Below are positions 1 to 8,961 of a stretch of DNA of 64,000 nt, piece after piece (positions within the stretch are counted from its first letter, which is position 1; each line of letters begins with the position of its first letter). The notes beneath the pieces were generated by a model that saw only the letters and a list, made by a program, of their open reading frames with translations, was not told the origin of the DNA and did not search any database. The DNA comes from an uncultured Candidatus Saccharibacteria bacterium (lineage in GTDB: Bacteria > Patescibacteriota > Saccharimonadia > CAILAD01 > JADZBC01). The stretch lies in the NCBI GenBank assembly GCA_964413715.1, contig CAYPSN010000001.1, positions 10,613 through 74,612 on the forward strand. Reading direction: 5' to 3'. Position numbers and translations under genes: made by a program.

Positions 1-39
1 AAGATTGACGGCGCTGGCATAAGCGTCTATCATAGCACT

Positions 40-405
40 ATGAGTAAAACAGTTCTCCTGGTTGAAGACAACGATTTTATCCGCAACATGTATCAGTTGA
101 AGCTGTCGAAGGCTGGGCTGACTGTTGAAGAAGCCGTTGACGGCAAAATGGCTTTAGAAAAAATTAAGGCGAAGAAGCCTGATTTAGTACTGCTCGACAT
201 GATGATGCCCAATATGAGCGGTATTGATGTGCTTAAACAACTGAGTAAAGACAAAGTCATTCCAGATTTGCCTGTCATTGTGCTAACGAACATCATGAAC
301 TCTCAAGCAATCTCTGAGGCGCGCGACCTCGGCGCCAGGGACTACATCATTAAGACCGACCTAACTCCAAGTCAAGTAATAGACAAACTCAAGCCGTTTT
401 TATAA
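40..405 (+). CDS. Single-domain response regulator (CheY-like receiver)
   Basis: LLVEDN acidic pocket, PDLVLLDMMMP phospho-Asp motif, conserved T and K; TTGACG-17-TATCAT promoter ends 6 nt before ATG. Confidence 0.9.
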   Translation: MSKTVLLVEDNDFIRNMYQLKLSKAGLTVEEAVDGKMALEKIKAKKPDLVLLDMMMPNMSGIDVLKQLSKDKVIPDLPVIVLTNIMNSQAISEARDLGARDYIIKTDLTPSQVIDKLKPFL

Positions 406-452
406 ACAACCAGATTCTTTCTAGCATCAAGAACGAAAGAAATTATCTTTTC

Positions 453-1382
453 TTAAGCCAGAAGGCGTGCGTAGCCATTGGCAAAACTTTTGGCGTCCAT
501 TGGCTTCTTTCCGGCGGGTTGGATTTGTAGAATTTCTAAACTGTCCTGCGTGCAACCAAATAAAAGTTGACCGCCCTGGTAGGTCAGTTGGCCGGGGGCG
601 ACCTTAGCTTGAGAAACTTTGGCCGACTTAATGGTCAGGAGTGTGCCCTGGATAGTTAGGTGGCTCCCAGGCCAATCTTGGAAGGCTCTGATTTGACGCT
701 CAATCTCTGCAGCGCTTAGTTCGCTGTCGATTGCACCCATCTCTTTTGTAATCTTGGTGCTATAACTAGCCTGATCGTTGTCTTGCGCGGTAGGCGCAAG
801 CTCGCCAGCAACAAATGCCGGTAAGCTTTCCGTGATCATACGATTACTGAGCTTGATGAGTTTGTCGGTTAGGCTGGCAGTGGTTTCTTGCTCGGCAATT
901 TCGATGGCTTCTTGGTATAAAATGTCGCCCGTGTCCATACCCTCATCAACCTGCATAATTGTCACCCCGGTTTCTTTGTCGCCTGCAAGAATCGGCCAGG
1001 TGATCGGGTCGGCTCCTCGCCACTTTGGCAAAAGCGAAAAATGGCTATTAACCAGGCCATTTGGGAAGGCCGCCAGCACGTCGGGCGGAATAATAATGCC
1101 GTAGTCGACTACAAGCCCAACCGCGGAAGAAAACTTTATGTCACGCAGTAATTGGCTTAACTCGGCCTTGTTGGCGGGCTGGTAGCAGGGAATACTGTGC
1201 TGCTCGGCCCACACCTTAACTGCAGGTGGTTTTTTATGACCCGAGCTGGTGAGTAGGTCTGGCTTTGTAATCACAGCCTCAATATCAAGCTCAGCGTGAA
1301 TGCCTTGCAAGGTAGCTAGGCTAACGTCGCCGGTACCAAAAAATACCGTACTAGTGGTGGTCGAGTTCTTCTTTGATGTCAT
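453..1382 (-). CDS. fmt: Methionyl-tRNA formyltransferase
   Basis: VFFGT start, NSHFSLLPKWRGADPI motif, GMDTGD, RAFQDWPG; adjacent to def. Confidence 0.95.
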   Translation of the reverse strand: MTSKKNSTTTSTVFFGTGDVSLATLQGIHAELDIEAVITKPDLLTSSGHKKPPAVKVWAEQHSIPCYQPANKAELSQLLRDIKFSSAVGLVVDYGIIIPPDVLAAFPNGLVNSHFSLLPKWRGADPITWPILAGDKETGVTIMQVDEGMDTGDILYQEAIEIAEQETTASLTDKLIKLSNRMITESLPAFVAGELAPTAQDNDQASYSTKITKEMGAIDSELSAAEIERQIRAFQDWPGSHLTIQGTLLTIKSAKVSQAKVAPGQLTYQGGQLLFGCTQDSLEILQIQPAGKKPMDAKSFANGYARLLA

Positions 1383-1914
1383 GGGGGATCTCTTTCATTG
1401 GCTTTAGCTGACCATGCTGGTCGACGGCCAGAAGTTTGGCTGGGTCGGTAATGTGGTCAAGAAAAATAATACCGTTCATGTGGTCGATTTCGTGCTGGAA
1501 AACGCGCGCTGGAAAGCCTTCGAGCGTTAACCTAACCTCGTTACCGTCCAAATCCTGAGCTTTGACTTTGATTTTCAGGTGACGTTTCACCTTGCCATAT
1601 ATACCCGCCACACTCATGCAGCCTTCGATGTCTTCGACCATTTCTGGACTGGCTTTGACGATTTCTGGATTAATATATGTGCTGAAGTCTTCACTTCGCC
1701 CGCTGTCGTGATCATCACGTACTACGGTTAGACGCAATAATTCGCCTACTTGAACGGCAGCAAGGGCAGCACCAATTTCGCTTTCTTTGTCATATTGCAG
1801 TGTTGTACTGATCATTTCGTCAGCTAAGGCACGAATAGAGTCATCGACATAGCCAATGCGTTTGGATTTCATACGGAGGACTTGATTGGGGATGTTGATA
1901 AGTTTGCGTTTCAT
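1351..1914 (-). CDS. def: Peptide deformylase
   Basis: GAALAAVQ, EGCMSV and QHEIDH motifs. Confidence 0.95.
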   Translation of the reverse strand: MKRKLINIPNQVLRMKSKRIGYVDDSIRALADEMISTTLQYDKESEIGAALAAVQVGELLRLTVVRDDHDSGRSEDFSTYINPEIVKASPEMVEDIEGCMSVAGIYGKVKRHLKIKVKAQDLDGNEVRLTLEGFPARVFQHEIDHMNGIIFLDHITDPAKLLAVDQHGQLKPMKEIPHDIKEELDHH

Positions 1915-1916
1915 AG

Positions 1917-3842
1917 TTATAGGAGGTTAATGGGGTCTAAATCATGACGCCAGCCTGCTTTGGTGTTCGTGGTAATTTCTACTAAGGTCGAACGTTTGAG
2001 TGATTTTACTACCAACTGCGGTTCATACATGCCAGCATGTCGTCTTATGCCTTCTGTGGCTGGCCCAAGTACCACGACACCTTGGTAGTCGGTGACAATC
2101 TGCTCGGCCTCGGCTTTCGCGACCTCGAGCGCTTTTTCTAGCTTGCGATGACGATAGGTTAATTTTAACAGATAAGCATAAGGTGGGTAAATGTGCTTTT
2201 TGCGATGCTCGAGCTCGTTTGAAAAGAATAACTTATAATCATGCTGGGCTGCTGCTAAGATGACCGGATGAGTCGGTGAATGGGTCTGGATGATGACTTT
2301 GCCCCGGAAGCTACTGCGACCAGCACGACCGGCAACCTGGGTGAGTAAATCAAAGGTGCGCTCACTAGAGCTAAAATCGGGAATAGCCAACATATTTTCT
2401 GCCAGTACAACCCCCACGGTCGTAACGTTCGGCAGATCCAAACCTCGAGCAATCATTTGTGTGCCGATCAGAATATTTGTTTCACCAGAGGCAAGTTTCT
2501 TGTAAGCGTCTTCGAGAACTTCTAGCTTGTTATTGTCACCGTCGATACGACAGATATTGGTGCTTGGGAAAAGCTCTGCGATCGTTTGCTCGACTCGCTT
2601 CGTCCCGCTACCAATAAAGCGCAGGGTAGTGGCTTGGCAGTTTTGGCATTGAGTTGGCGGCAGGGTGCTGTAATTGCAGTAATGGCATATCAAGCGCGCA
2701 GTGTCGGCATGAAAGGTGAGGCTAGTATCGCAGCGCGGGCAGAGACTAATACTACCGCAACTTTCGCATAAGAGCGCCGAGGCACTCCCTCTGCGATTAA
2801 GAAATAAAATAGTCTGCTTGCCGATTGAGAGCGTGTGTTTTATTTCATTGACGAGCTGGGGGCTCAGCAATACTCCCGGCTTGAGTTGGACAATTTCTAC
2901 CTTTGGCAGCTGAGCCCCTAGGGCTCGTTCACGCAGTTCATGTAATTCTAGACGTCCTTGCTGCGCAGCATGTGCTGCGTAGACGGACGGCGTGGCACTT
3001 CCCAAGATAAACTTAGCGTTTGTGAGTTTTGATAGTTCGGCGGCGACAGTGGATGCCGTATAGGTTGGTGCGTTATCCTGTTTATAACTTGTTTCGTGCT
3101 CTTCGTCGATGATGATGAGACCAAGCTCTTTAACGGGTAGAAATAAGATAGAGCGAGGCCCAATATAGACTTTTGGCTTACTCATACTGGCTTCAAGCCA
3201 GATTTGTTTTCTACGTGCTGGCGTGAGTTGGGAATGTGACACCACCAGCTGATTGCCAAAGTAGCGCTTAAGCCTGTCGACCATCTGAGGAGTTAGTGCG
3301 ATTTCTGGTACCAGCAGAAAACAAGATTGGTTTTGCTCAAGAGCGTGCTGTACCAGGCGTATATACACTTCAGTTTTTCCTGACCCCGTTATGCCATGAA
3401 GTAAGTGGCCGCGCCGATCACTTTTGATAATGGAGTCAACGACTGTTTGCTGGTCGCTTGAAAGTTGCAAGGTAGGGGGCTCAGGATTTTCATTGTCTTC
3501 ACGAGGTTTTAGTCGGAGCTTTTGTCTGAGCCCCGTTGCCAGCATGGTCCGCCAGACTGCACTCGGGCTTGCAGCGTAGTAACGCATCAGCCACTCGGCC
3601 AGCTGAAGATAATGTGTTGGCAGTATCGGTAATTCGAGCCGCTGAGATATCGCCAAAATTGATTTATCCACAGCCTGGGCAGTTGTTACGTGCATGACAA
3701 CACCGAGGTGAATTTTTGGCCCAAAGGGCACTTCGACAATGCTGCCAACCGTCGACTTTTGGTCCTCTGAGTCGTAGTAATCAAAAAGCTTTACGTCTTT
3801 TTGCGGATAGCCTGTAACAGATACGGAGAGAAGGTTTTTCAT
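1917..3842 (-). CDS. priA: Primosomal protein N' (replication restart helicase)
   Basis: GITGSGKT Walker A, DEEH, four CxxC pairs, QVAGRAGR. Confidence 0.95.
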   Translation of the reverse strand: MKNLLSVSVTGYPQKDVKLFDYYDSEDQKSTVGSIVEVPFGPKIHLGVVMHVTTAQAVDKSILAISQRLELPILPTHYLQLAEWLMRYYAASPSAVWRTMLATGLRQKLRLKPREDNENPEPPTLQLSSDQQTVVDSIIKSDRRGHLLHGITGSGKTEVYIRLVQHALEQNQSCFLLVPEIALTPQMVDRLKRYFGNQLVVSHSQLTPARRKQIWLEASMSKPKVYIGPRSILFLPVKELGLIIIDEEHETSYKQDNAPTYTASTVAAELSKLTNAKFILGSATPSVYAAHAAQQGRLELHELRERALGAQLPKVEIVQLKPGVLLSPQLVNEIKHTLSIGKQTILFLNRRGSASALLCESCGSISLCPRCDTSLTFHADTARLICHYCNYSTLPPTQCQNCQATTLRFIGSGTKRVEQTIAELFPSTNICRIDGDNNKLEVLEDAYKKLASGETNILIGTQMIARGLDLPNVTTVGVVLAENMLAIPDFSSSERTFDLLTQVAGRAGRSSFRGKVIIQTHSPTHPVILAAAQHDYKLFFSNELEHRKKHIYPPYAYLLKLTYRHRKLEKALEVAKAEAEQIVTDYQGVVVLGPATEGIRRHAGMYEPQLVVKSLKRSTLVEITTNTKAGWRHDLDPINLL

Positions 3843-4005
3843 AGATATTGTATAAACTTAGTATTCATTACGAAAGTTTCACTGGGTGTTTTTTATTGAG
3901 TGTTCGGCAACTTTGCGAAATGTGTTCGCGAGTGGTCGTGTCTTGTGTTTTTGTCTGTCTCCGACTACTATCAAATATGTGAATAGAAAACTAACTTTAT
4001 AGTAT

Positions 4006-5331
4006 ATGCGCCGGCTGAATGTCAGAACGAAATTCTATCTTATTATAGCACTGACTCTGTTTGTGGCTGTGGTCGCACTGCCACGCGAAGACCGAGTGTT
4101 TTCTGCTTTGGGTATGAAGAATGCTCAATTAAAGGTACGCCAAGGCTTAGACCTTCAGGGCGGTGCGGCTTTAACGTACCAAGCCGATCTTTCGAAGCTT
4201 AAAGCAGAAGAAAAGGCTAAAGCCATTCAGGGTGTGATAGATGTGGTAAATAAACGTGTTAACCCAAGTGGTACGAGCGAAGTGGTCGTACAAACAAGTG
4301 GCCAGGACCGGGTATCGGTTCAACTCCCAGGCGTGACTGATGTTAATCAGGCCATTTCGTTGATTGGCAAAACAGCGCAGCTCGATTTTTACGAAGTCCA
4401 GTCTGGCCAAACGACACCAATTCCAACCAGCATTACTGGTAAGGACTTATCGAGTGTAACGGTTAGCTTTGATCCTCAGTCCGCCCAGCCAGTGGTAGCC
4501 TTCGAACTCAAGGGTGGTGAACCAACTAAGAAGTTTGCCGAGCTAACCACTCGCATTAATCAGACAAACGGTAGACTGGCGATCGTGCTTGATGGTCAGG
4601 CTTTGTTTAACGGCACGGTTTCAACTCCGATTACTGATGGTAAGGGGCAATTGCAGGGGTTTGAGAGCGTAAAGGCAGCGCAAGAAACTGCTGTGTTACT
4701 CAACGCCGGTGCGCTACCAGTACCAGTAAAGCTCGTAGAACAGCGCACGGTCGGCGCCACACTTGGCTCGGAATCGATTACGAAAAGCATCGTAGCAGGC
4801 CTCATTGGTATTTTGGCGGTTATGATATTCATGATTGCTTATTATCGCTTGGCGGGGGTGGTAGCGAGCGTAGCCTTGGTTATTTACACGCTAATCAACA
4901 TCGCCTACTTCAAATTTAGTGTTTTTATGCCTGGCTTTTTCATATTTAGTCCAATAGTGCTGACACTGGCCGGAATAGCAGGTTTTATTTTAAGTGTGGG
5001 TATGGCCGTTGACGCCAATATTCTGATTTTCGAGCGCATGAAAGAAGAAGTGCGCAATGGTAAGGAGATGCAGGCGGCGCTTAAAGCTGGCTTTAGCCGC
5101 GCCTGGGATAGTATTAGGGACTCGAATATATCAACACTGATTACCTGTTTAATTCTGTATTGGTTCGGCGTACCAATTATCAAGGGCTTTGCCGTTACTC
5201 TAGGCTTAGGTGTTGTCATTAGTATGTTTACTGCTATCACAATTTCACGCAATCTCATGGAAATCCTCATTACCACTAAATTTGGTTCCAACCCACGAAA
5301 TTATGGCTTCAAAGAGGAGGTGCAGAAATGA
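4006..5331 (+). CDS. secD: Protein translocase subunit SecD
   Basis: GLDLQGG, VGATLG, GMAVDANILIFER motifs. Confidence 0.95.
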   Translation: MRRLNVRTKFYLIIALTLFVAVVALPREDRVFSALGMKNAQLKVRQGLDLQGGAALTYQADLSKLKAEEKAKAIQGVIDVVNKRVNPSGTSEVVVQTSGQDRVSVQLPGVTDVNQAISLIGKTAQLDFYEVQSGQTTPIPTSITGKDLSSVTVSFDPQSAQPVVAFELKGGEPTKKFAELTTRINQTNGRLAIVLDGQALFNGTVSTPITDGKGQLQGFESVKAAQETAVLLNAGALPVPVKLVEQRTVGATLGSESITKSIVAGLIGILAVMIFMIAYYRLAGVVASVALVIYTLINIAYFKFSVFMPGFFIFSPIVLTLAGIAGFILSVGMAVDANILIFERMKEEVRNGKEMQAALKAGFSRAWDSIRDSNISTLITCLILYWFGVPIIKGFAVTLGLGVVISMFTAITISRNLMEILITTKFGSNPRNYGFKEEVQK

Positions 5332-6242
5332 ATATCGTAGCTCGCCGCAGACTCTGGTTTGGCATATCGCTGGCAATGATTATTCCAGGGATGATTTCGC
5401 TCGCACTGTGGGGGCTCAAGCCTGGTATTGATTTTCGTGGCGGCCAAGAAATGGAGCTTAAGGGTCCGCAAAACCAATCTGCAGTTCGCACGCTCTTTAT
5501 AAGCTCTGGCGCGCAGGATGTGACGGTTACGACTACGGGCAGTAGTGGTCTTTTGGTCCGCTATCGTGTGGAAGACAAGGATTCTAAGAAGGTAGAGTCG
5601 GCCCTAAAGTCATCATTAGCGAAAGGCAACTATACTCAAGTATCATTCAGCTCAGTCGGACCATCGGTAAGCGCCGACATTACGCGCAACGCGCTAATAA
5701 GTATCTTGCTGGCTTCTACGGCCATCTTGCTCTACATTGCCTTCGCATTCCGTAATGCACCGCCACCAGTAAGTTCTTGGAACTTCGGCATCTCCGCCAT
5801 TATTGCCATGGTTCACGATGCACTCATCTTGATTGGATTATTCTCGATCTTGGGCCATTTCTTTGAGGTGCAAATCGACAGTTTGTTTGTAACGGCAGTG
5901 CTTACGACAATTGGTTTTTCGGTGCACGATACCATCGTGGTATTCGACCGCGTGCGTGAAAACCTTCGTAAGTACAATAAGCCGTTCGACGAAGTGGTGA
6001 ACCTAAGTATTAATGAAACCTTTGCTCGCTCGCTTAATACATCGCTTACGGTAATTTTAACTCTTACGGCATTATTGCTGTTCGGTGGTGAGTCAATTCG
6101 CTTATTCGTACTGGCCTTGTTGGTCGGTACCATTGCCGGAACGTTCTCTTCGATATTCAATGCCTCACCAATGCTCGTAGTACTTAATAACCGCAAGATC
6201 AAGCAAAAGCTCAAGAAAGAACAAGCGAGTAAGAAGAAATAG
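5328..6242 (+). CDS. secF: Protein translocase subunit SecF
   Basis: GIDFRGG, GFSVHDTIVVFDRVREN; ATGA overlap with secD. Confidence 0.95.
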   Translation: MNIVARRRLWFGISLAMIIPGMISLALWGLKPGIDFRGGQEMELKGPQNQSAVRTLFISSGAQDVTVTTTGSSGLLVRYRVEDKDSKKVESALKSSLAKGNYTQVSFSSVGPSVSADITRNALISILLASTAILLYIAFAFRNAPPPVSSWNFGISAIIAMVHDALILIGLFSILGHFFEVQIDSLFVTAVLTTIGFSVHDTIVVFDRVRENLRKYNKPFDEVVNLSINETFARSLNTSLTVILTLTALLLFGGESIRLFVLALLVGTIAGTFSSIFNASPMLVVLNNRKIKQKLKKEQASKKK

Positions 6243-6320
6243 TAGTAGTGCTTGCACTGCTATAGCAAGAAGTATTAAATAGTCGTGGTCGACATTCTCT
6301 AGACGCACAGGAGGTGTGGT

Positions 6321-6974
6321 ATGGTCGATCCAGTAATCCTATCTCTAGGAGGCACAGATGGAGAGGTTCGGTTGAGCCCTCCGTTGTTCCTGAACAACAG
6401 AACCAACACGAGCCCTGCTGACCTGTCGCAGTTCACGCCCCAAGGCAATGGGGTTTATGGGCTGCAAGGTGGTCTCGTTGACCCATTCCATATGGGGGAG
6501 ATCATGGAGGCGGCAGGTGGCGTGGTGTTCTTTGGACCTCCAAAGCACAGGGAGGACTTCATGGGCATGCTGCGTGTTCTTGGTATTGCCAACACAAACC
6601 TTGATGTAGGGGACGCTCACAACTGCCATTACTGGGCTTTTGTGAAGGACTCGGAACAGCCTGGGGAGGATGGCTACTTGCGGCAGATGCGTGTGGTCCA
6701 CAGGTTCGGTCTCAGGTTCCTTTTTGGGGCCATCGGTGACGTTGGGTACGACGAGTTTCCTGATCAGCCGATCTCACTACCGGATTTCCTATGGGCTTTC
6801 ATCCAAGATCAGGTGAAGCTCTACGGCACCGGTTTTACGAACCAGGAGTTGGCAGGAACATTCGGGGGCGATGGTGACTTTGCACGCGAGGCTCTGTCGT
6901 TCGGCCTGATGATCGAGAACTCGTATCACAAGGTTTATCGGATCTGGAGTCGAGCCTGGCTGGTAACCAAGTAG
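6321..6974 (+). CDS. Hypothetical protein (217 aa), stand-alone transcription unit
   Basis: ORF preceded by AGGAGGTG SD; visibly more GC-rich than secF; no recognised family. Confidence 0.7.
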   Translation: MVDPVILSLGGTDGEVRLSPPLFLNNRTNTSPADLSQFTPQGNGVYGLQGGLVDPFHMGEIMEAAGGVVFFGPPKHREDFMGMLRVLGIANTNLDVGDAHNCHYWAFVKDSEQPGEDGYLRQMRVVHRFGLRFLFGAIGDVGYDEFPDQPISLPDFLWAFIQDQVKLYGTGFTNQELAGTFGGDGDFAREALSFGLMIENSYHKVYRIWSRAWLVTK

Positions 6975-6988
6975 TTGCAGATGTTGAT

Positions 6989-7051
6989 GGGGCGGCAGGC
7001 GACAGGACCTGTCCGCCCCGGGCGATCTAGTTCTTCTAGGTCGCCTCTTTT
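6989..7051 (+). terminator. Tandem hairpins / intrinsic terminator between convergent genes
   Basis: GGGGCGG..CCGCCCC stem (6989-7019), then an 11-bp GGGCGATCTAG/CTAGGTCGCCT stem (7020-7046) followed by CTTTT. Confidence 0.7.
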
Positions 7052-8291
7052 ATTTACTTCTCACAATGTAGTAGCCGTCTTGTCCGTCAGGGTCGCCAGT
7101 ATTCTCTAGCTTGGCAGCAATAGTAAAGGTTTTGCCATCGGATTTATAGGCGTATTTTATTTTTTCTGTGTCGGTACTTGAGGGGTCATAATTGACATAG
7201 CTAATATACGGCGGAGTAGTGTATTGCAAGGGGTAGACGACCTTGATGTCGTCACCCTCGGGATATGTGCCTTGCTGTTGCTTATAGACTTCTAGGGCCG
7301 CCGAGATGCTATTGAGGTCGTCTTTGCGCGTTTGGTCGCGTTTTAGCACGTCAGAAGCGACGTTACTGGTGTTTTGTGCAGCTGGAGTCGTTTGTTGCGG
7401 TTGCGGGCTTTCAGCGGGCTTAGGGCGGTTTACAAACCAATAGCCAGCGGTGCCAACAAAAATAAATGCTAGCAGGGTAGATATGTACAGAACAGTCTGG
7501 CTTGGCTGTTTTTTTTGTGACCGGTCTGCTTGCTCGGCGTCATCTTGGGCTGTTTTAGGCGCAGGTGTGACGTTGGTAATGTCTGGCAAAACTTCCGGTT
7601 CTGGTTGGCCAACTTTTGTATCTTGGTCGCTTTTGACGTCTTGTTCAGCAATAGCCTCGGCTAATGCAAAAGCGCGCGTGTGGCTACTGGCTACCTGTTC
7701 TTCTTCAGGAGTTACCTTGTCGTCATTGCTGGTGTTGGTGGGCGGACTAGGAGTAAAGTCGGTAACGTCTAAGTTCGGTGTAGCGTGATGAAGGTCTGCC
7801 GACATAGTTGCGCTACGTATAGGGTGGTGATTCATTTGGTTGATTTTGGCTTGCAAAGGCAAGTCCGAATAAACCTCTGGTTTAGCAGGGGCGTCTTGGG
7901 TTGGCAATGCGTTGATATTGAGCGCTGAGGGCAGCTCTGGTTCGGAGAGCTGACTTGGCAGCTCTGGTACAACGAGCCGCTTAAGGCGCGCGCGCAAACG
8001 TCTATGAAAGCGGTCATTTGGAGCATGTGAGGTCCTAGTTGGTTGGCTGGCTTGCTGCTGCACTGACATAACAGGAGGAACTAATCTTTCAGGTAATGAA
8101 GCATGACCTCCCTGGGCTAGTTGGGTGTTTTGGGTAGGAGGCGCCTGGCCTACATCTGCCGAGTGGGTAGTGGGTTCGCTATGGCGAACTAAGGTGCCGC
8201 ATTCGGGGCACATATAGCCAACGGCGCTATGCACCATGGGGGATTTGCAGTTGGGGCACAGATGGGATGAGGGGGTAGTTATATCTGACAT
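7050..8291 (-). CDS. Membrane-anchored protein: N-terminal Zn ribbon, Pro/Gln-rich linker, TM helix, C-terminal GspG/pilin-like head
   Basis: CPNC..CPEC; TM VLYISTLLAFIFVGTAGYWFV; RDQTRKDDLNSISAALEVYK..GTYP..DP pilin-like pattern. Start moved to ATG 8291 (TATAAT upstream). Confidence 0.7.
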   Translation of the reverse strand: MSDITTPSSHLCPNCKSPMVHSAVGYMCPECGTLVRHSEPTTHSADVGQAPPTQNTQLAQGGHASLPERLVPPVMSVQQQASQPTRTSHAPNDRFHRRLRARLKRLVVPELPSQLSEPELPSALNINALPTQDAPAKPEVYSDLPLQAKINQMNHHPIRSATMSADLHHATPNLDVTDFTPSPPTNTSNDDKVTPEEEQVASSHTRAFALAEAIAEQDVKSDQDTKVGQPEPEVLPDITNVTPAPKTAQDDAEQADRSQKKQPSQTVLYISTLLAFIFVGTAGYWFVNRPKPAESPQPQQTTPAAQNTSNVASDVLKRDQTRKDDLNSISAALEVYKQQQGTYPEGDDIKVVYPLQYTTPPYISYVNYDPSSTDTEKIKYAYKSDGKTFTIAAKLENTGDPDGQDGYYIVRSK

Positions 8292-8456
8292 AATTCTTAT
8301 GCCTATTATAGATGATTTGTGGGTTTTTTGCCCATAGCAAGACAAAAAGTACCAAAATTACTCAAAAAAACTGTTGTATTTTAGACTGTTGTAGATTTAT
8401 ACTAGTAAGTAAGTAATTTCAGTTATAAAAAGATAAAAAGTAAATAAAAAAACAAT

Positions 8457-8726
8457 ATGTTAAAGCTGTTTATAACCTCAAAAACAAGACGAAAAATCAT
8501 CACAATATATAGCAAATACCCCGACTATCGTGTTCATGTACGTGGTCTGGCCAAGATTTTGCGAGAAGATCCCGGCAATATTCAGCGCGAACTCTCTCGT
8601 ATGGAGAAAATCGGCTACGTGAAGTCGGCCAAAGAAGGTAACGCTAAGCTGTACTGGGTGAACCAGAATTTCCTTTTATTTAAGGAGCTGCAGAGTATGG
8701 TGCTAAAGACCACCAGTAAAAAATAA
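8457..8726 (+). CDS. Winged helix-turn-helix DNA-binding protein
   Basis: HVRGLAKILREDPGNIQRELSRMEKIGYV..GNAKLY wHTH pattern. Confidence 0.8.
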   Translation: MLKLFITSKTRRKIITIYSKYPDYRVHVRGLAKILREDPGNIQRELSRMEKIGYVKSAKEGNAKLYWVNQNFLLFKELQSMVLKTTSKK

Positions 8727-8735
8727 GGATCAAAA

Positions 8736-8921
8736 ATGGGATTATTGCAAAAAGTCAAAACAAAACTGTCACACAAAGATATCCGTCAGCAAAAAGCCGA
8801 GAAGATGGCCCAAACCGAGCGTTTTTTACATGGCCACCGTCAGGCCTACCGGCCGACCGCACCACTTGGCTTCAAGCCTAGAAGCGACAGCAGCTACCAC
8901 TTCGCACGCGCTGGTCGCTAG
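8736..8921 (+). CDS. Small basic hypothetical protein
   Basis: 61-aa ORF with AAGGA SD, directly downstream of the wHTH gene. Confidence 0.5.
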   Translation: MGLLQKVKTKLSHKDIRQQKAEKMAQTERFLHGHRQAYRPTAPLGFKPRSDSSYHFARAGR

Positions 8922-8961
8922 TCGTTGATATAAGCACGAACTAATAAGATATACTGGCTAT

